48,768 nucleotides of DNA from Candidatus Woesearchaeota archaeon (GCA_002685855.1 NYYS01000052.1:1-48768), one strand, 5' to 3'. Numbered from the stretch's first letter, positions 16,530-24,332 are shown. The notes: a model not told the origin generated them from the letters alone. Made by a program: numbers and translations.

Positions 16530-16590
16530 GTCTCAGCAAGAGCTGTTTTGTCTCAGTTTTTGTCTCAAAAGTGTCTCAGCAATGTCTCAA
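16530..16590 (+). repeat. Iteron set 2: five further same-strand copies of GTCTCA[G/A]
   Basis: Copies start at 16530, 16550, 16562, 16573 and 16584 (spacings 20, 12, 11, 11). An eleventh copy, GTCTCAT at 16618, sits in an inverted repeat TCTCAT-ATG-ATGAGA (16619-16633) that abuts the start codon at 16633. Confidence 0.85.
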
Positions 16591-16599
16591 AAAAAGGGA

Positions 16600-16611
16600 A
16601 AATTTAAATAG
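16600..16611 (+). promoter_or_regulatory. TATA box candidate for the coiled-coil wHTH gene
   Basis: AAATTTAAATAG lies about 25 nt upstream of ATG 16633. A second TATA-like TTTTAAATAAA at about 16459-16469 lies between the two iteron sets. Confidence 0.45.
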
Positions 16612-16632
16612 ATTTGAGTCTCATATGATGAG

Positions 16633-17082
16633 ATGGGGGAGATCGATCAGCTGAAAGAGCAGCTTCGCGATAGTTTTTCTAGGATTAAAAAGGAGATGTC
16701 ACAGAAGGATCTCGAGATAGCTCGTCTGAGAACAGATGTTGAGATGGTGAAACAGAACCTCATCCCTAAGGAGGAGATGAAGGAGCTCATTTTTGAAGCT
16801 ATAACAAGGGCCTTGAACAAGAAAGAGGAGGCTCCTCTGAAGGAAGAGCTCCTTAAACGGTTTGAAAAGAACAAGAAGGAGATCATCAAACAGAAGATTA
16901 TTGAACTTATTGCAGAAAAACAGGATATAAGCATTAGTGAGTTAAAGGAGCAGATGGTCATGCAGAAGTACTGTTCAAAGGCGAGCTTTTACCGTTATCT
17001 TCGAGAGCTGCAGGAGATAGGACGGATCGATTTCATGGAGATCAATAAGAAGAAGATCTGTTTAAAGAAGGCAGAGTTCTAA
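16633..17082 (+). CDS. Coiled-coil protein with a C-terminal winged-HTH-like domain (putative DNA-binding, unknown family)
   Basis: 149 aa. The N-terminal ~95 aa are K/E/L-rich heptad-like sequence. The C-terminus IIELIAEKQDISISELKEQMVMQKYCSKASFYRYLRELQEIGRIDF looks like a wHTH. The gene is immediately downstream of the iteron arrays. Confidence 0.6.
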   Translation: MGEIDQLKEQLRDSFSRIKKEMSQKDLEIARLRTDVEMVKQNLIPKEEMKELIFEAITRALNKKEEAPLKEELLKRFEKNKKEIIKQKIIELIAEKQDISISELKEQMVMQKYCSKASFYRYLRELQEIGRIDFMEINKKKICLKKAEF

Positions 17083-17197
17083 TTTTCTTTGAGGGAGATA
17101 CCCCTCTGTTGATGACTTTATCTCATCTACGTTTGACTGTTTAGAGAAAGATTGTTGGGGTAAAGTTTATAAGAAACCTTGTACCACCATTAAAAAA

Positions 17198-17497
17198 ATG
17201 ATAAAAAATGTTATCGAACTCATAGAATATTCGCAGGATGGAATATTGAGTAAGGAGATTGACAAATCGGGGAAGAGTTCGGTTACCTTATTTTGTATGG
17301 GAAAGGGCACAGAACTATCTGAGCACACTTCGACGAAAGAAGGGGTAGTTTATGTGGTTGAGGGGAAAGGTGTTTTCAATTTGGAAGGAAAGGATCTTAT
17401 TATGTCTCAAGGAGTTCTTATATCTATGAAATGTAATGCACGTCATTCTTTGAAGGTTGAAGAGAATACCTCTTTTCTTTTGATATTAACAAGTTGA
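17198..17497 (+). CDS. Cupin-domain protein
   Basis: 99 aa. GTELSEHTSTKEGVVYVVEGKGVFNLEG...ARHSL fits the cupin_2 two-motif pattern. TATA-like AAGTTTATAAGAAA lies about 25 nt upstream. Confidence 0.7.
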   Translation: MIKNVIELIEYSQDGILSKEIDKSGKSSVTLFCMGKGTELSEHTSTKEGVVYVVEGKGVFNLEGKDLIMSQGVLISMKCNARHSLKVEENTSFLLILTS

Positions 17498-17554
17498 CTT
17501 AAAAAAAGGGTCTGTTCTTTTCATGTGAGATGTTAATACAAAGAGTGTTTGTTT

Positions 17555-18109
17555 TTATTCTGCAGCTTTTTCTGGTTGTTCCTTTTTTTCTGGTGTTGCT
17601 TCTTTTTTGTCCTTCTGTTCTTCTGTTTTTGTTTCTGCTTTGTGTTCTTTCTTTTCTTCTTGTTTTAGTTCTTTCTTTTCTGTGGAAGCCTTTTCGTCTT
17701 CTGTTTTTTTAGCTTCTGTTTTCTTTTCTTTTTGTGGTTCCTTCTCTGTGGGTTTCTTTTCTTTTGTCGATTCTTTTTCTGTTTTCTTTTGTGTTGGTTT
17801 CTTTTCTGGAACAGCTAAGGGTGTTTTTGTTTGTTTTTGTTTTTTTGGTCTTGGAGCGGTTTTTCGTGGTTTTGTTTCTGAGACATCTATCTTGAGTTTT
17901 TTGAACTCTTTTGAAATGTCTGCATGGCTTGCGCCTTTGGTAAGTTTGAGAACTTGATCGAGTGGTTCAAGGTGTTTGATGTTGCACTTTTTTCTTCGGG
18001 TTTGTCCATCTATGAGAACGTATCCGTTGTCTAGGGTGTCTACAATGACGCATTTTTTTGCTGCATCTCTTCCAGCAAGTTTTACACAAAGTCTTCCGAT
18101 TTCAAACAT
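17555..18109 (-). CDS. rpl14e: 50S ribosomal protein L14e (eL14) with a ~100-aa K/E/T-rich C-terminal tail
   Basis: MFEIGRLCVKLAGRDAAKKCVIVDTLDNGYVLIDGQTRRKKCNIKHLEP is the KOW-like eL14 core. Residues ~80-184 are low-complexity K/E/T/P sequence. Confidence 0.9.
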   Translation of the reverse strand: MFEIGRLCVKLAGRDAAKKCVIVDTLDNGYVLIDGQTRRKKCNIKHLEPLDQVLKLTKGASHADISKEFKKLKIDVSETKPRKTAPRPKKQKQTKTPLAVPEKKPTQKKTEKESTKEKKPTEKEPQKEKKTEAKKTEDEKASTEKKELKQEEKKEHKAETKTEEQKDKKEATPEKKEQPEKAAE

Positions 18110-18157
18110 TTTGGTCTCCTCTCAAGAACCTCCTTCGTCGCCGACAGGAATAGAGGT

Positions 18158-18421
18158 CTATCGCATTTCTAATTTTATTTTCTGTCTTGTGCAGGTTGAG
18201 CACAGGACTCCGCCATAGGGCCGTTCGGGCCGTTTCTGGGTTTTGGGAAGGTTTGCCATTCTTATGGGTCGTTCCCGTGGGATGCCAGGAAGGGTTTTTT
18301 TGCAGGTTGCACAGGAGGGTGCTTTAGGGTTTCTCTGGTCATATCTCTGTACTGTTCTTCCTCCAGGGGTCCGTATCTGGACCTTTCTGAGCGTTCCTGA
18401 TTTGTGTCTTCCGCTTGGCAT
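18158..18421 (-). CDS. rpl34e: 50S ribosomal protein L34e (eL34)
   Basis: The segments RHKSGTLRKVQIRTPGGRTV...CATCKKTLPG...YGGVLCSTCTRQKI carry the eL34 zinc-ribbon pattern. TATA CCTTTATAAATCC lies about 25 nt upstream. Confidence 0.92.
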   Translation of the reverse strand: MPSGRHKSGTLRKVQIRTPGGRTVQRYDQRNPKAPSCATCKKTLPGIPRERPIRMANLPKTQKRPERPYGGVLCSTCTRQKIKLEMR

Positions 18422-18495
18422 GGGGGGAGGAACGTTGAAGGATTTATAAAGGTTGCTCTGAATTAATTTCTATATGGAAAATAAAGTGGGTTGTT

Positions 18496-19254
18496 TTAAT
18501 ACACATCCAAAACTTTTCTCAGGATCGAACTAAAGAGTATTGAGAAGAGAATATAGGTGAACAGCCATCCTGGCTGGTAGCCGAAGAGGGTGAACGAGTT
18601 TCCAAGGGGTTTTACCTTTTCGAGTTCTACTTTAAGGGATTTTATGGCTCCGCGGTGTTTTGTGAGTGGGGGAAGGTACTCTTTTTCTGAGCTGATAAGG
18701 ATCTGTTGTTCAACACTTTGGCCTTCGTGGGTTAGTGTGAGGAGGTAGGTGCCTGCATCTCCTCCGAGCTTCCATTTTGCAAGGCCTGCTGAGATATTCT
18801 GAGTGGGGTTGCTTATATAGTTGAGTTCAGGTAATGCAGATAGGGTTGCCTGACCTGTGACGCCTTTGGAAAAGGTTGCTGTTAGTTCAAACTCCTGGTT
18901 GGGAAGAATGGGTTCATAGGCAAGATGGAGATTCATCCAGCTAAAGATGATAAGGATCGGCACTAAAGTCCAGAGCATGCTTCGAAAGGAGTGTTTCATA
19001 TATGCTGTGTTAGCAGACATTGCTTTTTTCTGGACTTTCATCATCTGTGCAGGGTCTGCCTTGTGAGATTTCATCTCTTTCTGATACTTCTTCATATCCT
19101 GTTTCAGGCGTTTCATCTCTGTCTGGTTGGTAGCGTATTTTGTGATGAGAGTGATTATGACTGTTATGAGAAGAGAGAGAATTGCTAAGGCGAGAAGTAT
19201 GGGCCAGTTGAGTAATGGACCAAATATTGGGTCAAGGAGATTTCCAAATGCCAT
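18496..19254 (-). CDS. DUF106 / archaeal YidC-Oxa1-like membrane insertase homolog with an inserted ~110-aa loop domain
   Basis: 252 aa. TM1 is followed by a basic coiled-coil hairpin (TEMKRLKQDMKKYQKEMK...MMKVQKKAM) and TM2, as in DUF106 (Mj0480-like). An extra beta-rich segment (aa ~113-220) then precedes the last TM. The genomic position next to L34e/L14e is the conserved one. Confidence 0.75.
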   Translation of the reverse strand: MAFGNLLDPIFGPLLNWPILLALAILSLLITVIITLITKYATNQTEMKRLKQDMKKYQKEMKSHKADPAQMMKVQKKAMSANTAYMKHSFRSMLWTLVPILIIFSWMNLHLAYEPILPNQEFELTATFSKGVTGQATLSALPELNYISNPTQNISAGLAKWKLGGDAGTYLLTLTHEGQSVEQQILISSEKEYLPPLTKHRGAIKSLKVELEKVKPLGNSFTLFGYQPGWLFTYILFSILFSSILRKVLDVY

Positions 19255-19317
19255 CTGGTAGAGGATGAGAAGGGCTTTTTAAATGTTGTTAATAAAAAAA
19301 AAGAAAAAAATGCTCCC

Positions 19318-20475
19318 TTAGGAGCTATTTGACTGGTTGGACTCGTTCTGGCAGTATCCCTGGTAGCAGCCGAATTCACAAGTAATAGATTCGAGCCAGC
19401 TCAGGTCGTTCAGGCAGTAGAACTCGTTCAGGTCGTTGAGGTTCTGACAGTTGTCTGTGTATTTGTAGTAGGTGCCTCTTAGTTTTCCTTCAACAATTCC
19501 TCGTTCTTCTGGGACGATTCCTCCATCTGTGTCTGTGCAGTAGGTGATGTTGGAAACATCAACGCAGACTCCTTGAACACAGCCATAGTCGTATCCAAAC
19601 TCCTGTTTACAGGATATGGTCTCACTTTCAATAAAGCCGCCTTGACAGTAGTACTCATTCAGGTCGACTCCGTTTCTGGAACACCAATCTGTTTCATTAA
19701 GAAGAGTGAGGTTTGATTCGTTCCTACCCCATGTCTGTCCTAAGACATCGTAGACTCTTCCTCCGTCGGTGTCTACACAGGTGTCGTTACTGATTGTTGC
19801 GCATGCTCCGTTTCTACAAGTTACACCGGGTCCGTATTCCTCTTCACAGTTTACATACTCTACTACAGGTAAGAGTTGTCTATCGCAGAGTTGTTCTACC
19901 ATGATTGGAGATTGACCTTCCCACCAACAACGGTCTTCGTAGTCAAAAGTTCCGTTGTATTCGTTATTACCCCAGACTCTTCCTTGTGTGATGAAGTTTC
20001 TTCCATCTGTATCTGTACAGGTCCTGTTTGATGGCTCTGTGCAGACTCCGTTTCGGCATTCAGAACCTGGTCCTACAACACGATCACAGTCTGCATAGCG
20101 AGTGGTTGCGCTGTTTCCATTATAACAGTACTGTTCCTTGATTGTGTTTGAATCGTGGCAGCTATCTTCAAACCGGTATTCTGGTGTTCCGTTGGTCTTG
20201 TTTTCATAGTTATACCCATAGGTATAGCCGAATGTTTGGTATTCTATTCCTCCGTCGCTGTCTTCACATGTTTTAAATGGTGCTTCAACTCTGTGTGTTC
20301 TGTTCGATGTATTATCTGTTAGTGTTTCCTTGTTGTTGCTGAATATACTAAACTTCTCCATAAACAGTTTATGAAAATATCTTTGTTCCTCTTTCTGCAC
20401 GGTATTTATCGCAGATACAAACAATGATGCTGCAAGCATCATTGCCACACACACTATAACCACTTTCTTTTTCAC
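19318..20475 (-). CDS. Secreted protein made of four tandem six-cysteine CxD[TS]DGG repeats
   Basis: 385 aa with a GTG start and GAGGTGG upstream. A signal peptide is followed by four ~75-80-aa repeats starting CEDSDGG, CTDTDGR, CVDTDGG and CTDTDGG. Each repeat has 6 Cys, and NxT/S sequons sit in the linkers. An oligo-T run follows the stop. Confidence 0.8.
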   Translation of the reverse strand: MKKKVVIVCVAMMLAASLFVSAINTVQKEEQRYFHKLFMEKFSIFSNNKETLTDNTSNRTHRVEAPFKTCEDSDGGIEYQTFGYTYGYNYENKTNGTPEYRFEDSCHDSNTIKEQYCYNGNSATTRYADCDRVVGPGSECRNGVCTEPSNRTCTDTDGRNFITQGRVWGNNEYNGTFDYEDRCWWEGQSPIMVEQLCDRQLLPVVEYVNCEEEYGPGVTCRNGACATISNDTCVDTDGGRVYDVLGQTWGRNESNLTLLNETDWCSRNGVDLNEYYCQGGFIESETISCKQEFGYDYGCVQGVCVDVSNITYCTDTDGGIVPEERGIVEGKLRGTYYKYTDNCQNLNDLNEFYCLNDLSWLESITCEFGCYQGYCQNESNQSNSS

Positions 20476-20540
20476 ATTTCCACCTCGTTGTGTTTCCCCT
20501 TTTATTCTCTTTCCCTCAGGAATTAAAAAAATAAAAAAAG

Positions 20541-21482
20541 TTAAATTTCACAACAGCGTATCTCATACTGTGTTTGTGAGAGGACTTTCATTCCGGTTTG
20601 AAGCCTGTGCTCGCTGCAGATTGCCTCTTCTCCAAGGCCGTAGGGTCCTTCCCAGCCACAGGTACGAAGGTAGTTTCTGTCTGCCTCTATGTCTGAAAAG
20701 ACATCAACAGTGTAGGCATCAAATACGCTTCCTACGATTTTAGTTGTATACACTTCATCTGCTCTGACCTCTGTTATGTTGAGGTAGTCCGCCCAGATTT
20801 CTTCTGTTGTGACCTTATTTGGTTCTAATACTGTTGTTCCTCCTCTTTCTTTGTCAAGGGTTAGTTCGTAGGTTACGTCCATGGATGAGGTGTTCATCTG
20901 ATTTGCAGAGACCCTTCCGTAATCCAGATAGATAGAATCGCCAACATAGACTGCATTTGCATTGACTGCACCTGCTCGTATATATGAATCGAAAATACCT
21001 CTGTTTGCATTTAGCGTCCATCGTACGTCAACGTCTTCTGCTGTGAGTGTACTTGTGTTCATTTTATATGCAAATACATCCCATACATCGAGATCTCCGA
21101 ATATTCTTACAGGTCCATAGTTATCAAGTCGGTTGTGTCCTACGATGTCTCCTTCTGAAACAAAGTTTGCTGTTCTGAGTGTTTGGTCAACATCGAGGTT
21201 TCCTGCAAGATGTGTGTTGTTTTCTACATAGAGTGTGTTATTAATGTAGACGTTTGTCCCGTTGAGCTCATCTGCTGTGAGTTTTGATGTTTGGCTGATG
21301 CCTGCAGAGAAAAAATTAGTATTTAGCCTTTCAGAGGTAATAAGCCCCTCAACATCCATATAATGATCGACTAATAGGTATCCTTTCACTCTTACGTCGT
21401 CGGGAACCTCTGTTAATGCCGATACGAATAGCGCGGCAAAGAGCGTTCCGAATATCAATCCAACAATTATTTTTTTATTCAT
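20541..21482 (-). CDS. Secreted protein, possibly beta-helical, with a Cys-containing C-terminus (hypothetical)
   Basis: 313 aa with a signal peptide (IIVGLIFGTLFAALFVSA). It has N/D/V/T-rich short periodic segments (NVYINNTLYVENNTHLAGNLDVDQTL...) and a C-terminal stretch CGWEGPYGLGEEAICSEH...IRCCEI. GGAGGTG lies upstream of the ATG. Confidence 0.7.
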   Translation of the reverse strand: MNKKIIVGLIFGTLFAALFVSALTEVPDDVRVKGYLLVDHYMDVEGLITSERLNTNFFSAGISQTSKLTADELNGTNVYINNTLYVENNTHLAGNLDVDQTLRTANFVSEGDIVGHNRLDNYGPVRIFGDLDVWDVFAYKMNTSTLTAEDVDVRWTLNANRGIFDSYIRAGAVNANAVYVGDSIYLDYGRVSANQMNTSSMDVTYELTLDKERGGTTVLEPNKVTTEEIWADYLNITEVRADEVYTTKIVGSVFDAYTVDVFSDIEADRNYLRTCGWEGPYGLGEEAICSEHRLQTGMKVLSQTQYEIRCCEI

Positions 21483-21769
21483 TTATACACCTCCACGTGA
21501 AATGAATTTTTTCTACAAAGGGACTCTTTTTTGTTTTATTAATTCTTGTATTTGCTTTTAAATAGTCTCAACAATAGGAAATGAGAGATGTGCTGCAGAC
21601 GCGGGGATAAAAACTCATTTTTTAATGAATTTTTGCTATTGAAGATTCGATGAATATTCAATAATGACAGCAGCACACCTCTCCCTCCCGAAGGGAATAG
21701 TAGACTGTATTGTGCTGGAACAAGATATAGAATTAATGCGGAACAGGCGGAACAGAAAGAGATCTTCAG

Positions 21770-22639
21770 TCAGTCATCGCCGTTCTTAAGAGAGATCAGG
21801 TTTGTATTTCCAAGATTCATGATAGTTATCATCTCTTTCTTTTGAAGGGCTTTAAGATTTCTGGAGAGGGATGATTTTGGAAGAGAAAGTCTCTCCATAA
21901 GGGTGTTTTGGGTCATTTTGCCTCCTTTTTCCCTTAGGAGTTTGATGATCTCGATCTGTCTTTTAGGGAGGCCGTTCAGCACCTCAGGGTTCACAACTTT
22001 CTTTCTGTATGATAGGAGTAGGAAAAGAGAGGTTAGGATGATAACCAGAAGAAGTATTAGTCCTCCCAGGTAAATTCCACGGTTTTCCGGGGCGGCCTCT
22101 TCTGTTAGTTTATTGTTTTTAATGAGTAGGGAGTAGTTTATAAAAAGGTAGTTTGGCTCTTCTGTAAATGTCCATTCGACAGCCAATCTGTCTCCATCAT
22201 AAACAATGGTTCCTTCTGGGTAGATTTCGAATACTTTACTGTATTCAGGCATCTTCATCCGAAAAACGATATTGTTGAAACCGTCAAAAGAGGAATAGTT
22301 AGCTATCCAATACTCTGCCTGTTTAATAGTGAGCTCAGATGTAAAAAATTCAAGCACAAAGAGATAGGCAGGGTTCTTTTCTGCGGGGATGACTGTGAGC
22401 ATGTTGTGTTCTGATGTAAATGAAAGTGAATCGTTATCGTCATAGACTTTAAAGTAGCTTCCCAGGGGAACTGAAATGGTAATATTTGAACGTTCTGTTG
22501 TGTCTATAGATGGAAAATAGGAAATAAATGCATTTCCTGATGAATCAAGTTCTACAACAACTTCAAGAAAGTCCTCGAAAGCGGCAGCTGTTGGTAAGAG
22601 TAGTATAAGACATACGATACATATTATTCCCCGCATCAT
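21770..22639 (-). CDS. Membrane-tethered winged-HTH transcriptional regulator (signal/TM, extracytoplasmic domain, TM, cytoplasmic wHTH)
   Basis: The start is trimmed to MMRGIICIV (AGGTGA lies 9 nt upstream, 7 nt after the upstream stop). An extracytoplasmic domain of about 170 aa is followed by the TM GIYLGGLILLLVIILTSLFLLL, then LPKRQIEIIKLLREKGGKMTQNTLMERLSLPKSSLSRNLKALQKKEMI (ArsR/MarR-like wHTH). Confidence 0.7.
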   Translation of the reverse strand: MMRGIICIVCLILLLPTAAAFEDFLEVVVELDSSGNAFISYFPSIDTTERSNITISVPLGSYFKVYDDNDSLSFTSEHNMLTVIPAEKNPAYLFVLEFFTSELTIKQAEYWIANYSSFDGFNNIVFRMKMPEYSKVFEIYPEGTIVYDGDRLAVEWTFTEEPNYLFINYSLLIKNNKLTEEAAPENRGIYLGGLILLLVIILTSLFLLLSYRKKVVNPEVLNGLPKRQIEIIKLLREKGGKMTQNTLMERLSLPKSSLSRNLKALQKKEMITIMNLGNTNLISLKNGDD

Positions 22640-22646
22640 TGATTGT

Positions 22647-24149
22647 TCACCTTGTGAATATTTTTGTTTGACCTTCGATTTGCACGCCATTTTCAAGAAG
22701 AATCAGCGTTAATTGGTTAGTTCCAAAAAGATTTAAGATAATTTTATTTTCTTTTTTTTCTCCGTTTTTTATAAAATGGGTAGTTCCATCAAGTTTTATC
22801 ATTCCAAATAGTTCTGTCTCACTCACACCGTTGGAGACAGATCGTTCAAGGATGTTGAAAAAATCGTTTTCCTGTTCTATTAAGAGAAGTTGTGAAATTG
22901 AGCGTTTCTTTTTTACTGTTTTTTTTACAAAGTTTTCTTTGAATGGTGTTTGTTCTTTTTTTGGTTCTTTGCTGGGTTCATCTGGTTCGAGCGTCGCTCC
23001 TGCTGTAGGGACAGGGAGTTCTTCCTGAACAGAATCTTTGCAGCCAGCATCTTTACAAACCACACAAGATTCAAGAAGGCGTTCTGTGATCTCTTTATTG
23101 CAAAATGAGTCTTCCTGACCCGAATTTTGACAGGAGTATACTGTTTTTTGTTCATAAAGATCTGTTCCATCACAAAAATTCTCTGTTAAGGAATCAGAAC
23201 AGTCCGCATCTGAGTAACAGCTTATTTCAGCAAGGGTATTATTTGATCCATTATCGGGTTGCGTAGTATTTGTGTTGTTTGAACTGTTTTCAAATATGCA
23301 GACCCCTTCTTGGCAGAAATACCCTTCTCCAAAGAGGCCCCCGCAATTCACATAGATATTTGCAGGTTCGTCATCTGCATCACAATACCATTCCTCAAGA
23401 AGATTTTGATCACCCTGGTTGCACCTGTCTGAGTAATTAAAGTTCTGGTTGTCTTTCTCTCCCCATACCTGCCCCCAAAGTTCATATTCTTTTCCTTGAT
23501 CGGTTTCTTGACAGATCGTGGTGTTTCCCCCAAATGCGTTCCCTTTTTCAACATAGATTTCAAAAGAGATGTTATTGTTTGTTTCATTTTTTTCAGGAAC
23601 TTCATCTCTATAGTCCAAAAGAATATCAAATTCGTGATAGCTTTCCTCTTCTGCAGAGTTTGGTATTTCTAAACTTGTCCGTATTTCAATTGAGCTCCCT
23701 GGTCCTAATCCATATTTATTAAAATCGCCAATCTTTTGGCCAAGAGAGCTTATACGCAACACATAATCATCTGTTTGTTCTGTTCCTGTGTTTTTAATGG
23801 TGATGTTAAGATGGAACGCTGTGTCCTTATCTGTTGATTGTGGATGATCTATTGATTCAATAATGAGGTCGGGGAGTTTTTCTGAACGAACACACTTAGA
23901 AATAACACATTTTGCATCTCCGTCTCTGCAATCTACGTCTATCTGTTTTTTTGATTCGTTTTCACAATAGAATTCACGTAAGATGTTGTTGTCAAGGCAA
24001 TAGTCCCCTCCCCAATAGCGTCCTGTTTTAATGTATCCCGATACACCATAGACCTTTCCCCCATCGGTATCACTACAGTAGGCAGATACTAGAGGAAAGA
24101 GAACTAGGAGAAGAAGAATTAATGATTTTGATTTGGCCCTTTTATTCAT
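22647..24149 (-). CDS. Secreted multidomain protein: CxD[TS]DGG repeat, CARDB-like domain, second repeat, 9-Cys region, basic C-terminal domain
   Basis: 500 aa with a signal peptide. Repeat 1 is aa 25-86 (CSDTDGGKVYG...). A CARDB-like segment follows (LPDLIIESIDHPQ...HLNITIKNTGTEQTDDYVLRI). Repeat 2 is aa 213-284 (CQETDQGKEYELWG...). It has many NxT/S sequons. ACATTTATATAC lies about 50 nt upstream. Confidence 0.8.
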   Translation of the reverse strand: MNKRAKSKSLILLLLVLFPLVSAYCSDTDGGKVYGVSGYIKTGRYWGGDYCLDNNILREFYCENESKKQIDVDCRDGDAKCVISKCVRSEKLPDLIIESIDHPQSTDKDTAFHLNITIKNTGTEQTDDYVLRISSLGQKIGDFNKYGLGPGSSIEIRTSLEIPNSAEEESYHEFDILLDYRDEVPEKNETNNNISFEIYVEKGNAFGGNTTICQETDQGKEYELWGQVWGEKDNQNFNYSDRCNQGDQNLLEEWYCDADDEPANIYVNCGGLFGEGYFCQEGVCIFENSSNNTNTTQPDNGSNNTLAEISCYSDADCSDSLTENFCDGTDLYEQKTVYSCQNSGQEDSFCNKEITERLLESCVVCKDAGCKDSVQEELPVPTAGATLEPDEPSKEPKKEQTPFKENFVKKTVKKKRSISQLLLIEQENDFFNILERSVSNGVSETELFGMIKLDGTTHFIKNGEKKENKIILNLFGTNQLTLILLENGVQIEGQTKIFTR

Positions 24150-24216
24150 TTTACATACGAGCCCTTATCCCCTTGAATGGAAAGTGATTCTTAGTATATA
24201 AATGTAGTGATAAAAA

Positions 24217-24261
24217 GGCGACACACACCAAAAGCTCCTACGCACCCATAAACTTCCGCAT
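24217..24261. repeat. Distal, imperfect copy of the secY 3' end plus downstream flank
   Basis: GGCGACACACACCAAAAGCTCCTACGCACCCATAAACTTCCGCAT. The last 27 nt (CTCCTACGCACCCATAAACTTCCGCAT) are identical to 24344-24370, which is the reverse complement of the secY codons MRKFMGA, the stop and 3 nt of downstream flank. Confidence 0.85.
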
Positions 24262-24290
24262 TCGGGAGCGCCTTTTTCAAAAGCCGCGCC

Positions 24291-24332
24291 AAAAAAGTGC
24301 CACACTCACCCCAAAAAAGGGCTCGGCGACAC
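24291..24332 (-). terminator. Hairpin plus oligo-U element downstream of secY (copy B of a conserved motif)
   Basis: The minus strand reads GTGTCGCCGAGCCCTTTTTTGGGGTGAGTGTGGCAC followed by TTTTTT. The outer stem is GUGUCGC/GUGGCAC. It shares GTGTCGCCGAGC and GGCACTTTTT with the element at 36457-36489. Confidence 0.5.

Noticed and set aside
16397-16590. GTCTCAG repeat arrays as a CRISPR array
   Set aside because: The repeat unit is only 7-11 bp with no spacers of CRISPR size, there is no palindromic 24-37-bp repeat, and no cas genes are nearby. The arrays behave like iterons or operators instead.
17607-17957. Plus-strand ORFs antisense to the ribosomal protein genes (for example 17530-17712, 17607-17957, 26469-26897, 28482-28946, 32022-32558, 33724-34083, 36462-36809)
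   Set aside because: They are the reverse-complement reading of K/E-rich (AAG/GAA) coding sequence. That gives F/S/L-rich pseudo-proteins. The minus-strand ribosomal proteins are unambiguous.
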